Under the pieces are notes generated by a model. That model did not search any database and was not told the DNA's origin. It worked only from the letters and a program-made list of their open reading frames with translations. This document shows positions 29,248 through 39,247 of a stretch of 64,000 bases of DNA, piece by piece (position 1 is the stretch's first letter; each line of letters opens with the position of its first letter). Source of the stretch: Eubacterium sp. CAG:180 (GTDB taxonomy: Bacteria > Bacillota > Clostridia > Oscillospirales > Acutalibacteraceae). The stretch lies in assembly GCA_000432435.1 (NCBI GenBank), contig HF993133.1:55428-119427 (forward strand), read 5' to 3'. Made by a program: the position numbers and the translations under genes.

Positions 29248-32201
29248 TATCGTTTTACCTCCAATGTTTTAATTTCAAACGGCTTGAATGTCATTGCATC
29301 TAAATCAACATCATTCGGATTTTCAAAAAGCATATCCGTTTGCTTTACGCTGTTAAAGTTAATATTTGCTTTGACCCTTGCAACCGTTTTTATACCGGCT
29401 GTTTCATACATTCTTACCGCAATATTTCCTTTATCGTTCACAAATACCGTTTCAATAATTATGTTTGAATTATCGCAGTTAAATATAGGCTTAATATCCA
29501 AACTGCCCTTGTAAATTCTTAACGGATTATTCAGCTCGTAGCCGATTTTTACAAGTTCGCTTTCCATAGGCTTTTTGCTGTGAGGATAAATTGCGTAGGT
29601 AAAGAAGTGCTCTCCTCTGTCGGCAGTTTTGTCGGGATAAACCGGACTTCTCAAACAGTTAAGACTGATTAAACCGTCCTTTACCCTGTGTCCGTATTTG
29701 CAGTCGTTGAGTATTGCAACGCCGTACTTGCCATCGTAAACATCGACCCATTTATGAGCAGGAATTTCAAACTGTGCATAGTCAATTTTGTTGTCGGTTT
29801 TTGTACTGCGTTCAATGTTACCGAACTGAATGTCGCACAAAACCTTGTCGCTGAAATTTTTCGGATAAGCGTCAATACGAAGCATTTTATGTGTTTCGTG
29901 CCAGCTCACCTCATTTTCAACCTTTATGTACGGACTGTTTTGAGTCAAAATAATTTTTTGTTTTAATGAGGACTTGTTGTATGAAAATTCATTTTCACGG
30001 ATAACGCTGTTGCCGTCAATATATGCACGGCTTTTTACAAGCTGCATATCCTTTGGCTTATGCTTTGTATAATTTATATCAATATCCCATGCGTTATATG
30101 GGCGGACATTTCTGTCCTTATAAATTCTGACTGCGTTGAAGCTTGATGAAACGCAGTTGTAATCATTGTGCGTATCAAGTAATTTTTCTATCTGTCCCTT
30201 GTTATTAAACACAACCTTTAAGTTTTCGTTTTCAAGCGTATTTTCGGAAAAATGCAACGAAACAGGCGACTTTGCTTTTTCCAATTTACACGATGAATAG
30301 GGCGCAAGGGAATATCTGTACCATTCGCCATTATGTTTTGTGTAGCCTGAACGTTCAAAATCAATGGGATTTACCGCAAAATAAGCATTTTCGTCATTGC
30401 TCAAATAAGAAACGGCTTCATCAATAATGCTGTTCAGATTTGTCTTTAAGATTTCATACCGTGCGTTACATTCCTCATAAACCCTGTGGATGGATGAGCC
30501 GGGAAGAATATCGTGAAACTGATAGAGCAAAACCTCTTTCCAAATTTCCTCTAATTCTTTATGCGGATATGCCTCACCTTGCATATATGCCATAGTACAA
30601 ATCCACTCGGCAAAATGAAGCAGACGCTCGCACTCTCTGTTGTTCTTTTTTACTTTGCCCTGTGTGGTATATGTGCCTTGATGCTTTTCTAAATAAAGCT
30701 CGCCCTTGTATTCGGGATAATTTGATACATCTTTTTTGAGTTTATCAAAAAAGCTTTCGGATGAGGACATTTTGACATTAGGAATATAACGCAAATTCTC
30801 GCACCTTTTTACCATATTGATATGGTATTCGCCCGGTCCTCCTCCGCCGTCTCCGATACCAAATGACATAAGCGCAATATCACTAACTTGCTTTTCCTTA
30901 TACTTCTGATATGTTTTTTCAAAAGCATAAGGTGTGGCATTTGAATTATAGTCGCCCTCCGGTGGCATATGAACAAGCACCTTACTGTCGTCAAGTCCGT
31001 TCCAAATAAATGTGTGGTGTGGAAAATCATTTATGTTGTTCCAGCTAAGCTTAATTGTCATAAATGTATCCATACCGCATTTTTTGATTATTTGCGGTAA
31101 AGCTGCCGTGTATCCGAAAACATCGGGAAGCCAAAGTGTTTTAACATCCTTTTGAAATTCTTCTCTGAAATATTTTTTACCATAAAAGCACTGACGGATA
31201 AGGCTTTCTCCGCAAGGCAGATTTGTATCGGATTCAGCCCACATACCGCCCTGTGGCTCTATATTTCCTCGTTGAACAGACTGCTTTATTCTTTCAAAAA
31301 ACTCGGGAGATATTTCTTTTATGAATTCATATTGCTGTGGCTGACTGCCGTTGAAAACATAACTTGGACATTGTTCGCTTTCATAAACTGCATTTGAGAA
31401 TGTTCTTATCGCTTTTCTTTTTGTTTCACGAACAGGCCACAGCCAAGCAAGGTCAAGGTGACCGTGTCCGACAGCATAAACGGTAAAATTTTGTTTATAT
31501 TTACCGTCAAACATTTTTGATAAAGCATTTCTTGCATTCAAAACACTTTGTGAATCTGTATTGTGTGCAAGTGATATTGCCTTGTTTATATGAGCCTTAA
31601 TTTCTCTTTTCTGTGCATTATCATTTACTGCACTGAGGAGCTGATAGCAGGCTAAAATATCGTAATACAAATCTAATATATCCTGTCTAAAGACACAAAT
31701 ATCAGCTCTTTTAAAGCGTGCCTGACCGCTGCTTTTTCCACCTCTGCCGTTATTGCCACAGTCGGCATAAAATAATACTTTACCGTCCTTAAATGTATCT
31801 ATTCGGTCTAAAGGAATTACCGCTTTGCCTTTGACAGTCTGAAAATTATCCACCATTCCAAGCACATTTGTTATGCCTTGGATAACTTCACCGTCCTTAT
31901 TATAGATACAACCCTCGCCGCCGACATCAATTACAGCAACAAGATTTTTCTGCATATTCTCTATATCCGCCGTGAATTTGAACCATGCACAGTCAAAAAA
32001 TCCGCCCCAACTGTCGCCGATTTTTATATTATCGAAACGCTCGTTTTTCATATCTTCAAAGCATAACGGTTCGGTTGATTTATGCACAAACGCATTTAAC
32101 TGAGCAATAGGAGTGTAAATGCTCTGCTTTAATTTTTTCAAAAAAAGCGAATATTTCATATTACTGTGATGCTGTAAAAATGTTCGTAAATTCTCGTCCA
32201 T
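29247..32201 (-). CDS. GH38 alpha-mannosidase
   Basis: 984 aa. HGHLDLAWLW N-terminal GH38 signature; length and domain order typical of bacterial alpha-mannosidases. Confidence 0.85.
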   Translation of the reverse strand: MDENLRTFLQHHSNMKYSLFLKKLKQSIYTPIAQLNAFVHKSTEPLCFEDMKNERFDNIKIGDSWGGFFDCAWFKFTADIENMQKNLVAVIDVGGEGCIYNKDGEVIQGITNVLGMVDNFQTVKGKAVIPLDRIDTFKDGKVLFYADCGNNGRGGKSSGQARFKRADICVFRQDILDLYYDILACYQLLSAVNDNAQKREIKAHINKAISLAHNTDSQSVLNARNALSKMFDGKYKQNFTVYAVGHGHLDLAWLWPVRETKRKAIRTFSNAVYESEQCPSYVFNGSQPQQYEFIKEISPEFFERIKQSVQRGNIEPQGGMWAESDTNLPCGESLIRQCFYGKKYFREEFQKDVKTLWLPDVFGYTAALPQIIKKCGMDTFMTIKLSWNNINDFPHHTFIWNGLDDSKVLVHMPPEGDYNSNATPYAFEKTYQKYKEKQVSDIALMSFGIGDGGGGPGEYHINMVKRCENLRYIPNVKMSSSESFFDKLKKDVSNYPEYKGELYLEKHQGTYTTQGKVKKNNRECERLLHFAEWICTMAYMQGEAYPHKELEEIWKEVLLYQFHDILPGSSIHRVYEECNARYEILKTNLNSIIDEAVSYLSNDENAYFAVNPIDFERSGYTKHNGEWYRYSLAPYSSCKLEKAKSPVSLHFSENTLENENLKVVFNNKGQIEKLLDTHNDYNCVSSSFNAVRIYKDRNVRPYNAWDIDINYTKHKPKDMQLVKSRAYIDGNSVIRENEFSYNKSSLKQKIILTQNSPYIKVENEVSWHETHKMLRIDAYPKNFSDKVLCDIQFGNIERSTKTDNKIDYAQFEIPAHKWVDVYDGKYGVAILNDCKYGHRVKDGLISLNCLRSPVYPDKTADRGEHFFTYAIYPHSKKPMESELVKIGYELNNPLRIYKGSLDIKPIFNCDNSNIIIETVFVNDKGNIAVRMYETAGIKTVARVKANINFNSVKQTDMLFENPNDVDLDAMTFKPFEIKTLEVKR

Positions 32202-32263
32202 AATGTTCTCCGTTCTCGTGCACGATAATATGTAAAAATAAAATGCAATGGCGTTGCATTTTA

Positions 32264-33274
32264 TTAAAGTGATTTATCAACCTTTATATACAGTTGTGAA
32301 TACTGATACTCGGGCACGGCTGTTTTTGCAACAACCGTTTCAAACACGCTTTTCACTGCGTTATATCCCTGCTCAAAGGGCTGCTGATAAACGGTTGCCA
32401 ATATATCTCCGTTTAGCATAGCTTTTCTTGTTGTTTCGGTATCGTCAAATGAGCAGACCTTTATATTCCGTTCGCTTTCTTTAATTGCTTTCAGCGTTCC
32501 TGTAACGCCGCCTGCGGTTATGCACACAAAATCAATGTTTTTGTTTTTTCCCAGCACGATTTTCATTGCCGTGTAGGCTTTTTCGTTATCATCGTTATTC
32601 TCTATTACATCTGCAATTTGAATATTTTTGTATTCTTTAATAACATTGGAAACGCCCTCAACTCTCTGCTTGTGTCCTTTGTGCGCCAGGCTACCCGTAA
32701 CAATACAAAGATTTGCTTTTCCGCCCGAGAGCAGACCGACAAGACGACCTGCCGTTTCGCCACTTTTCAGATAGTCACAGCCCACATATGTAAGACGCTT
32801 TGAGTCGGATATATCGCTTGAAAGCGTGATTACATTTATGCCGCTGTCAGTCATTTCGTCAATCTTTTTGCAAAGTGCATCGTCCTCAACAGGAGTCAGA
32901 ATTACATTTTTTGTGTCCTCGGGCAAATCGGAAACAGCCTGAATAATATCACAAGCGTTATATCCTTTTATTTCCTTTATATTCAGTTTTATACCGTAAT
33001 CCGAATATTCACGCTCGGCGGCAAGCATTCCCTTTTTTACATCGTCAAAAAAGGAATTGCCGATACTGTTCATAATAACCGCAACAGGCACAGAGCGGTT
33101 GGAATATACCAATGCCTTTCCGATAAGATTCGGCTTATAGTTGTTCTCCTCTGCGATTTTTAGTATTCTTTCCTTGGTTTTGGGATTTACGCCTTCTCTC
33201 CCCTTCAAAGCACGGTCAACCGTACCTCTGCTGACCCCTGCAAGCTCTGCAATTTCTTTTGAGGTTATTGCCAT
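32264..33274 (-). CDS. LacI-family transcriptional regulator
   Basis: HTH ITSKEIAELAGVSRGTVDRAL plus a periplasmic-binding-protein-like sugar-binding domain. Start placed at MAITSK. Confidence 0.8.
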   Translation of the reverse strand: MAITSKEIAELAGVSRGTVDRALKGREGVNPKTKERILKIAEENNYKPNLIGKALVYSNRSVPVAVIMNSIGNSFFDDVKKGMLAAEREYSDYGIKLNIKEIKGYNACDIIQAVSDLPEDTKNVILTPVEDDALCKKIDEMTDSGINVITLSSDISDSKRLTYVGCDYLKSGETAGRLVGLLSGGKANLCIVTGSLAHKGHKQRVEGVSNVIKEYKNIQIADVIENNDDNEKAYTAMKIVLGKNKNIDFVCITAGGVTGTLKAIKESERNIKVCSFDDTETTRKAMLNGDILATVYQQPFEQGYNAVKSVFETVVAKTAVPEYQYSQLYIKVDKSL

Positions 33275-33393
33275 AAATTCCTCCGCTTGACATTTTATTT
33301 CAAATATTATATAGTAAATATTGTTATGCTCGTGCTCGTGCACGGCTATAATGATTGTAATTCATTAAGTTAAGAAAGTCAAGAGGTATTTCT

Positions 33394-34710
33394 ATGACAG
33401 AAGGAAATTACATACATCATAAAGAAAAAGGAAAGCATATTGCAGGGCAGATGACTCTGACAGAATTAGCGTCACAGATGCGCAATTCATCAAAAGCAAT
33501 AGAGCGACTGAATATTAAACAGTACAACTGGTGGAACGAAGGTTTACACGGTGTTGCAAGAGCCGGTGTTGCAACCGTATTTCCCCAAGCTATATGCATG
33601 GCTTCAACCTTTGATGAAAAGGCTGTAAAAAAATGTGCAGATATTATTGCAACAGAGGTAAGGGCAAAATTCAATGAGAGTCAAAAGAACGAGGATTACA
33701 GTATATACAAAGGACTTACGCTTTGGTCTCCTAATATAAATATTTTTAGGGATCCACGCTGGGGCAGAGGTCACGAAACCTATGGCGAAGACCCGTATTT
33801 AACCTCCATTCTCGGCTGTGCCTTTATTGAGGGAATACAGGGTGATGACGAAAAATATATGAAAGCCTCTGCATGTGCAAAGCACTTTTGCGTGCACAGC
33901 GGTCCCGAGGGATTAAGGCACACTTTTAATGCCGAAGTGTCCAAAAAGGATTTTTATGAAACTTATATTCCTGCGTTTGAAGCCGCCATTAAAAAAGCAA
34001 AGGTCAGCGGTGTTATGGGAGCATATAACATGGTGAACGGTGAAAGCTGTTGTGCCTCTAACAAGCTTATTGATAAGCTATTAAGAAAAGAATGGGGCTT
34101 TGACGGTTACTATGTTTCGGATTGCTCTGCAATATTAGATGTTATATATAAACACAAGAAAACATTAAATCCAGCAAAAGGCGCCGCGATGGCAGTAAAT
34201 GCAGGTTGCGACCTTGAATGCGGAGTAGTATATTCATTATTGCCTGTATCCGTTAAGTTGGGATATACAAATAAAGAAGCCTTAAAAAAGTCTGTATCGA
34301 GGCTGATGGCAATTCGCAGTGCTCTCGGAATGTTTGATAAGGATTGCCCTTATAACGAAATAAGTATTAGTGATAATGCAACACCCGAGCACGAAAGCGA
34401 AGCAGTTAGAATGGCAGAAAAAGGAATTGTACTTTTAGAAAATGACGGTATACTTCCCCTTAAAGAAAACGCACAGAAAATCTTGATCACAGGATTTAAT
34501 GCTGATAACAAGTTGGCTTACCTCGGAAATTATTTTGGAGATCCGTCGCATTTTGTTATGGTTACAGAAGCTATTTCACAATATAACATTGATACTGAAT
34601 TTATAAGAGGCATACATCTTTATAATCAAAGCACAAAACATGACAAGGAAACAGCATTAAAATCTGCAGCAGAATCGGATATTATCATTATGTGCACAGG
34701 GCAGACATAA
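33394..34710 (+). pseudogene. GH3 glycoside hydrolase (beta-glucosidase/beta-hexosaminidase family), N-terminal catalytic domain only, truncated at a rearrangement junction
   Basis: 438 aa. Contains the GH3 motifs RDPRWGRGHETYGEDPYL and KHF..HSGPE, but ends abruptly where GH3 enzymes normally continue for about 300 more residues. Confidence 0.7.
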
Positions 34711-35302
34711 AAAGCAGAGCGGCGGACACGGTCAGTTCGGCGATGTATTTATTGAATTTGAACCTTGCCAAAGCGAAGAACTTGAGTTTGCAGAAAGAGT
34801 TGTCGGCGGCTCCGTTCCCAAAAACTTCTTCCCTGCCGTTGAAAAAGGCTTGAGAGAGTCTATACAAAAAGGTGTAGTTGCAGGCTATCCTATGGTTGGA
34901 ATAAAAGCAACTCTTTACGACGGCTCATATCACCCTGTTGACTCATCGGAAATGAGTTTTAAAATTGCGGCAAGTCTTGCTTATAAAAACGGTATTCCTC
35001 AGGCAAATCCTGTTTTACTTGAGCCTGTCGGCACACTTAAAGCACTTTGCAATGACGAAGCAATGGGCGATATTATCGGCGACATCAACAAAAGACGAGG
35101 CAGAGTTCTCGGTATGACTCCTCAAGGCAACGGAATGCAGGAAATTTTGGCTGAAGTTCCTATCGGAGAAATGGCGTCGTTCCCGACTTCCATGCGTCAG
35201 ATTACTCAAGGCAGAGGCAGTTTTGAAATTGAATTTGCACGCTACGAAAAAGTGCCTGAACACATTGCTCAAAAAATTATTGAAGACTCAAAAGAAGAAT
35301 AA
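34691..35302 (+). pseudogene. 3' fragment of an EF-G-like (fusA-type) translation factor gene (domains IV-V), with no start codon
   Basis: Frame open from 34661. AQGRHKKQSGGHGQFGDV..VVAGYPMVGIKATLYDGSYHPVDSSEMSFKIAASLA..VLLEPV..AEVP..QGRGSFEIEF matches the EF-G C-terminal third. Begins out of frame exactly at the GH3 truncation point. Confidence 0.7.
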
Positions 35303-35360
35303 AATCGTCAAAAAAAATATTTTCTTGCTTGATTTTTTCATTGTAAGCCTTCTTTTAAAA

Positions 35361-35406
35361 AACAACAGACCTTTGTTTAAACAAAGGTCTGTTGTTTTAT
35401 TTTTTG
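35361..35406 (+). terminator. Strong rho-independent terminator (aacaacagacctttg..caaaggtctgttgtt plus T-run)
   Basis: 15-bp perfect stem followed by ttatttttt. Confidence 0.8.
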
Positions 35407-35449
35407 TAATTTATTTTTTATAGTTATATCAATTCAAAATGTATCAACA

Positions 35450-35773
35450 TCAAAAATTCGTTTCAATCACTTTGCTTGCAACAGCGCTTGTCGCATAGTC
35501 AAAAATCAGCCGGCCGAAATACTTGTCTTCAAGTTCCGACTGCAAAAATCTTTCATTCATTTTCTTTGCAAAAAAGTACGAGTGTCCGACGGGAAGCGAG
35601 CCTTTCGTACTTGCGAAATTGATGAAAACATCATTTTTATTTGCAACTGTTTCGGCATCTTCAAGCGACTTTTCAATAGCATTTTGTTTATCTGCAAGTC
35701 CGTACTCAAATCTGTCCTGAACAAAAAGAGAACCGTCGCTGACTTTCAATTCTGCTTTTGTATGGCATAACAA
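35450..35773 (-). pseudogene. Unidentified gene fragment (107-aa frame opening with TTG; no ATG until the final third)
   Basis: The ORF-track 'M' corresponds to a TTG codon 5 codons after an in-frame stop. Sits in the same scar region as the GH3 and EF-G fragments. Confidence 0.35.
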
Positions 35774-35871
35774 ATAAAATAATTACAAGGGGTATATGTG
35801 TTATGCCATAGCAATTTATAATACATTGCAAAGCAATGTCATTATACTGAAACAAACTATGATTCTAAAAT

Positions 35872-37215
35872 TTATGCTTTTGCCTCTGCCTGTGCCTTAA
35901 TTTTTTTGTTGCTCGGGTAAATCAATGCGCCGACAACTGTCAACACACCTGCAAGACACATCATACTTGTAGCGTTTTGCATGCCCATATTTTTCTGCAA
36001 AGCATTGAATACAAACGGCATTGCAAGAGAAAGCGCATTGCCGAGAAGAGTCCAGCAACCGTTTGCCGCTGCGAAAACTTTTGAAGTCATACCTGCAGCT
36101 GTCATAATGCTGATATTTACAACAGGAACAAATACCGAAAATGATACGCCTACCAAAATTACCATTATTTTGAGCAAGAGTTCAGATTTAACATTGATTG
36201 CTCCGAAGCAAGCAAGAGGTAAAATTACCATAAGTGCAATATAAACAATTTTGTAGTTTTTGATTTTTCCGATGAAAAGTCCTGAAACAACACACGAAAT
36301 CAAACCTGCCAAACTGATGAGACCTGTAATTTGGCTTGATTCCTGAGGTTCCATTTGGTGAACTTTCTGCAAAATTGTAGGAAGATATGTTTGGAACATC
36401 ATGTAGAGCCATGTTGCACCTGCAAAGCAAATCATTGCGCTCCAAACAGAACGAAATTTCAACGCTTTAAGAATACTGTTACCGGATTTTTCTTCAGCTT
36501 GAGCACCGACATTATTTTGTGCATTTTGAGAATTATATTCAATAAAGAATTTGTTTGGTTTGTAATCGGCAATTGCCCAAACAATGCCGATAGCTAAACA
36601 GGAAGCGCCCCATATCATAAACATCTTGTTCCAACTTTGACCTAAAGAAGTGTACATAGGAATAGTGATACTGAACGCCGCCGTAGTCGTCAATGAGTTT
36701 GTTGCCTGTACCAAACTTGAACACATACCTCTTGCATTGTTGCTTGTAAAACGCTCCGAAACAAGAGTGGTAATACAAACTATTACAAAACCGTTGCAAA
36801 GGCCTGTAATTAAACGCGCAATGAGCATAGGTGTGAAAGACTGTGCTGTGTATCCCAGGATACCTGCAATGAAGTAACCTACCATACCTATTGTCATTGA
36901 CTTACTTGTACCGATACGGTCAATAAACAAACTAACTAAAAGACTGCCTACGCCCATCATAAGAGTTGCAGATGTCTGCAATGTTCCGCCGAGACCCAAG
37001 TCTATGCCCAAATCGCTTGTGATTGGCTGCATAAGGGGCGGTACCATAAAGGAAATTTGTGAACGGAAGAAAGAAATTATGACCTGAAATATCATAAAAA
37101 CTACCGCTAAAGTGAACGCTTTTTTAGCTAAAGGATTTTCCTTTTTCATAGTAGGAGATTTGTCCAAAAAATTCGCCTGCTTTCTATTTAGATTTTGCAC
37201 GGGCAGTTTTTTCAA
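35872..37215 (-). CDS. MFS transporter (12 TM)
   Basis: 447 aa, multi-TM with MFS-like loops. Confidence 0.75.
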   Translation of the reverse strand: MKKLPVQNLNRKQANFLDKSPTMKKENPLAKKAFTLAVVFMIFQVIISFFRSQISFMVPPLMQPITSDLGIDLGLGGTLQTSATLMMGVGSLLVSLFIDRIGTSKSMTIGMVGYFIAGILGYTAQSFTPMLIARLITGLCNGFVIVCITTLVSERFTSNNARGMCSSLVQATNSLTTTAAFSITIPMYTSLGQSWNKMFMIWGASCLAIGIVWAIADYKPNKFFIEYNSQNAQNNVGAQAEEKSGNSILKALKFRSVWSAMICFAGATWLYMMFQTYLPTILQKVHQMEPQESSQITGLISLAGLISCVVSGLFIGKIKNYKIVYIALMVILPLACFGAINVKSELLLKIMVILVGVSFSVFVPVVNISIMTAAGMTSKVFAAANGCWTLLGNALSLAMPFVFNALQKNMGMQNATSMMCLAGVLTVVGALIYPSNKKIKAQAEAKA

Positions 37216-37297
37216 CTGCCCTTTTGCAATGATAATTAAAATTGATAATCAAAATAATAGTATTTATAAAACAGATAAAAGTAAAATATTCGGTCAA

Positions 37298-38287
37298 TTA
37301 TTCCAAAATTTCACGAATTGCTTTTTTAATACCCTCAGGGTCATAGCCCAAATGAGCGTACAATTCATAGCTGTCGCCAAGCGGAGGGAACTCGTCGTTC
37401 GGAATACCCAAACGCTTAAATTTAGCCTGTAACCCCTCGTCTGCCATAAGGTCTGAAACTGCACTTCCGAGACCATTGATTACAAAAGCGTCTTCTGCCG
37501 TAATGATTTTTCCCGTATCTTTGATTGCGTCGCGAATTGCCTGCTTGTCAAGAGGACGAACTGTGTGCATATCTAAAACACGAACACCTATACCCTCTTT
37601 TTCAAGAGCGTTTGCCGCAGATACTGCAAAAGCAACAGTACAACCACACGCTACAACTGTAACATCATTGCCTTCGTGTGCAATTATCGCTTTGCCTATT
37701 TCATAGTCATAGTCTTCTGTATAAACAAGCGGTTCTGCACCACGTGCAATTCTTATACACATCGGACCCGGGTAGTCAACACTTTTACTGATCAACTTCA
37801 CGCACTGATTTGCGTCTGCGGGAATAACATAGGTCATATTCGGTAAAGTACGCATTATAGCGATGTCCATAATATTATAGTGGGTAGGGCCGCTTGCCGA
37901 AGTCAAACCTGAGTGAGTATTTACAATACGAACAGGCAAGTTCGGATAGCACACATTTGTATGTACCTGGTCAAGTGTACGCAAAGCAAGGAAAGGTCCA
38001 AAACCGTTAATGTACGGAATTTTTCCGCAAAGAGCAAGTCCCGAAGCAATACCTACCTGGTCCATCTCTGCAATACCTACGGGCAGCATACGGTCGGGGT
38101 GTTTTAAACGAAACTCATTTTCTTTGCCTGCATATCCGCCGTCCGCCGTAACGAACACTATACGCTCATCTGTTTCTGCCAATTCCTGCAATTCTTCTAC
38201 CCACATATCACGGGCAGAAGCTGCAACCAACATATCTAAATGTCCGAGTTCAAGTTCGCCTTCAAATGTTTTAACTGTCTTGTTCAT
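37298..38287 (-). CDS. Transketolase, C-terminal (pyrimidine-binding/C-terminal domain) subunit
   Basis: 329 aa. Matches the transketolase Pyr and C domains. Follows the N-terminal subunit gene (split tkt). Confidence 0.85.
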   Translation of the reverse strand: MNKTVKTFEGELELGHLDMLVAASARDMWVEELQELAETDERIVFVTADGGYAGKENEFRLKHPDRMLPVGIAEMDQVGIASGLALCGKIPYINGFGPFLALRTLDQVHTNVCYPNLPVRIVNTHSGLTSASGPTHYNIMDIAIMRTLPNMTYVIPADANQCVKLISKSVDYPGPMCIRIARGAEPLVYTEDYDYEIGKAIIAHEGNDVTVVACGCTVAFAVSAANALEKEGIGVRVLDMHTVRPLDKQAIRDAIKDTGKIITAEDAFVINGLGSAVSDLMADEGLQAKFKRLGIPNDEFPPLGDSYELYAHLGYDPEGIKKAIREILE

Positions 38288-38292
38288 ATTAT

Positions 38293-39162
38293 TCAGCTCC
38301 TTTCAATTTCCTGTTCAATTTCGTCCAAACGGGCAAGGCACTTCTCGAGAAGTTGAGGCGGCATGGGACGAAGATGACAGTTAGGTGTGTTTTCAAGGTC
38401 CGGAATAGTTTCCGCTTTTCTTGTATTTGAAATGATAGCAATCGGTTTACGGCGAATTTGAGAGTCTGACGCCGGTAACGAGTGCAATGTCTTCAATATT
38501 TCTTCCATATTGTGTCCGTCAATGCTGATGACATCCCAACCGAATGCTTCTAACTTCTTGTCCAACGGGTCAATATTCATAATATCTTTTGTCCAGCCTG
38601 TTGCTTCAATTTGGTTCTTGTCAGTAATCATAACGATATTGCCGAGTTGATAATGACCTGCCGCCATAATTGCTTCCCAGTTTGAACCTTCCTGCAATTC
38701 GCCGTCGCCTGTCATACAGAAAACTCTATAATCTTTTTTGTCAATTCTGCCTGCAAGAGCCATACCTACTGCAAGAGCCATACCCTGACCGAGAGAACCT
38801 GTTGAAGCGTCGATACCCGGCAAATACAGATAGTTCGGGTGCATACCGAAACGACCGTGAATTTGGTTGTACTCCGACCACAATTCTTCTTTCGTATAGA
38901 GCCCCAAATCTACCAAAACATTGTAAAGCACATGAGCGCAGTGTCCTTTTGAAAGAACAAATCTGTCTCGGTCGGGGTTACGAGGGTCTTTCGGGTCAAA
39001 GTTCAACACATCGTAATACAACGCCGTAACCATATCTGTCATTGACATACCTCCGCCTAAATGTGCGTAAGGCAGTTTGGATGTTGTGATACAAATATCT
39101 CTGCGTATTTGATTTGCTTTGAGTCTGAGTTCTTTTACAAGCTCAGGACTTAATTCTTTCAT
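38293..39162 (-). CDS. Transketolase, N-terminal (thiamine-diphosphate-binding) subunit
   Basis: 289 aa. SKGHCAHVLY.., GSLGQG.., MTGDGELQEG TPP-binding motifs. Confidence 0.85.
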   Translation of the reverse strand: MKELSPELVKELRLKANQIRRDICITTSKLPYAHLGGGMSMTDMVTALYYDVLNFDPKDPRNPDRDRFVLSKGHCAHVLYNVLVDLGLYTKEELWSEYNQIHGRFGMHPNYLYLPGIDASTGSLGQGMALAVGMALAGRIDKKDYRVFCMTGDGELQEGSNWEAIMAAGHYQLGNIVMITDKNQIEATGWTKDIMNIDPLDKKLEAFGWDVISIDGHNMEEILKTLHSLPASDSQIRRKPIAIISNTRKAETIPDLENTPNCHLRPMPPQLLEKCLARLDEIEQEIERS

Positions 39163-39247
39163 AATAAAAACCTCCTGTATTTATTGAAATTTATATAATT
39201 AAAAGTCTTTTAATTTATTGACTATAATTACCGAAAATTTATTTAAT

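Noticed and set aside
34850-35302. Interpretation of the EF-G-like fragment as a tetracycline ribosomal-protection (Tet(M/W)-type) gene remnant
   Set aside because: The sequence follows EF-G-specific residues (KQSGG.GQ.G.V, AGYP.V..K.TL.DGSYH.VDSSEM.FKIA, QGRGS..EF) much more closely than the divergent Tet(M) C-terminus. Called EF-G-like instead.
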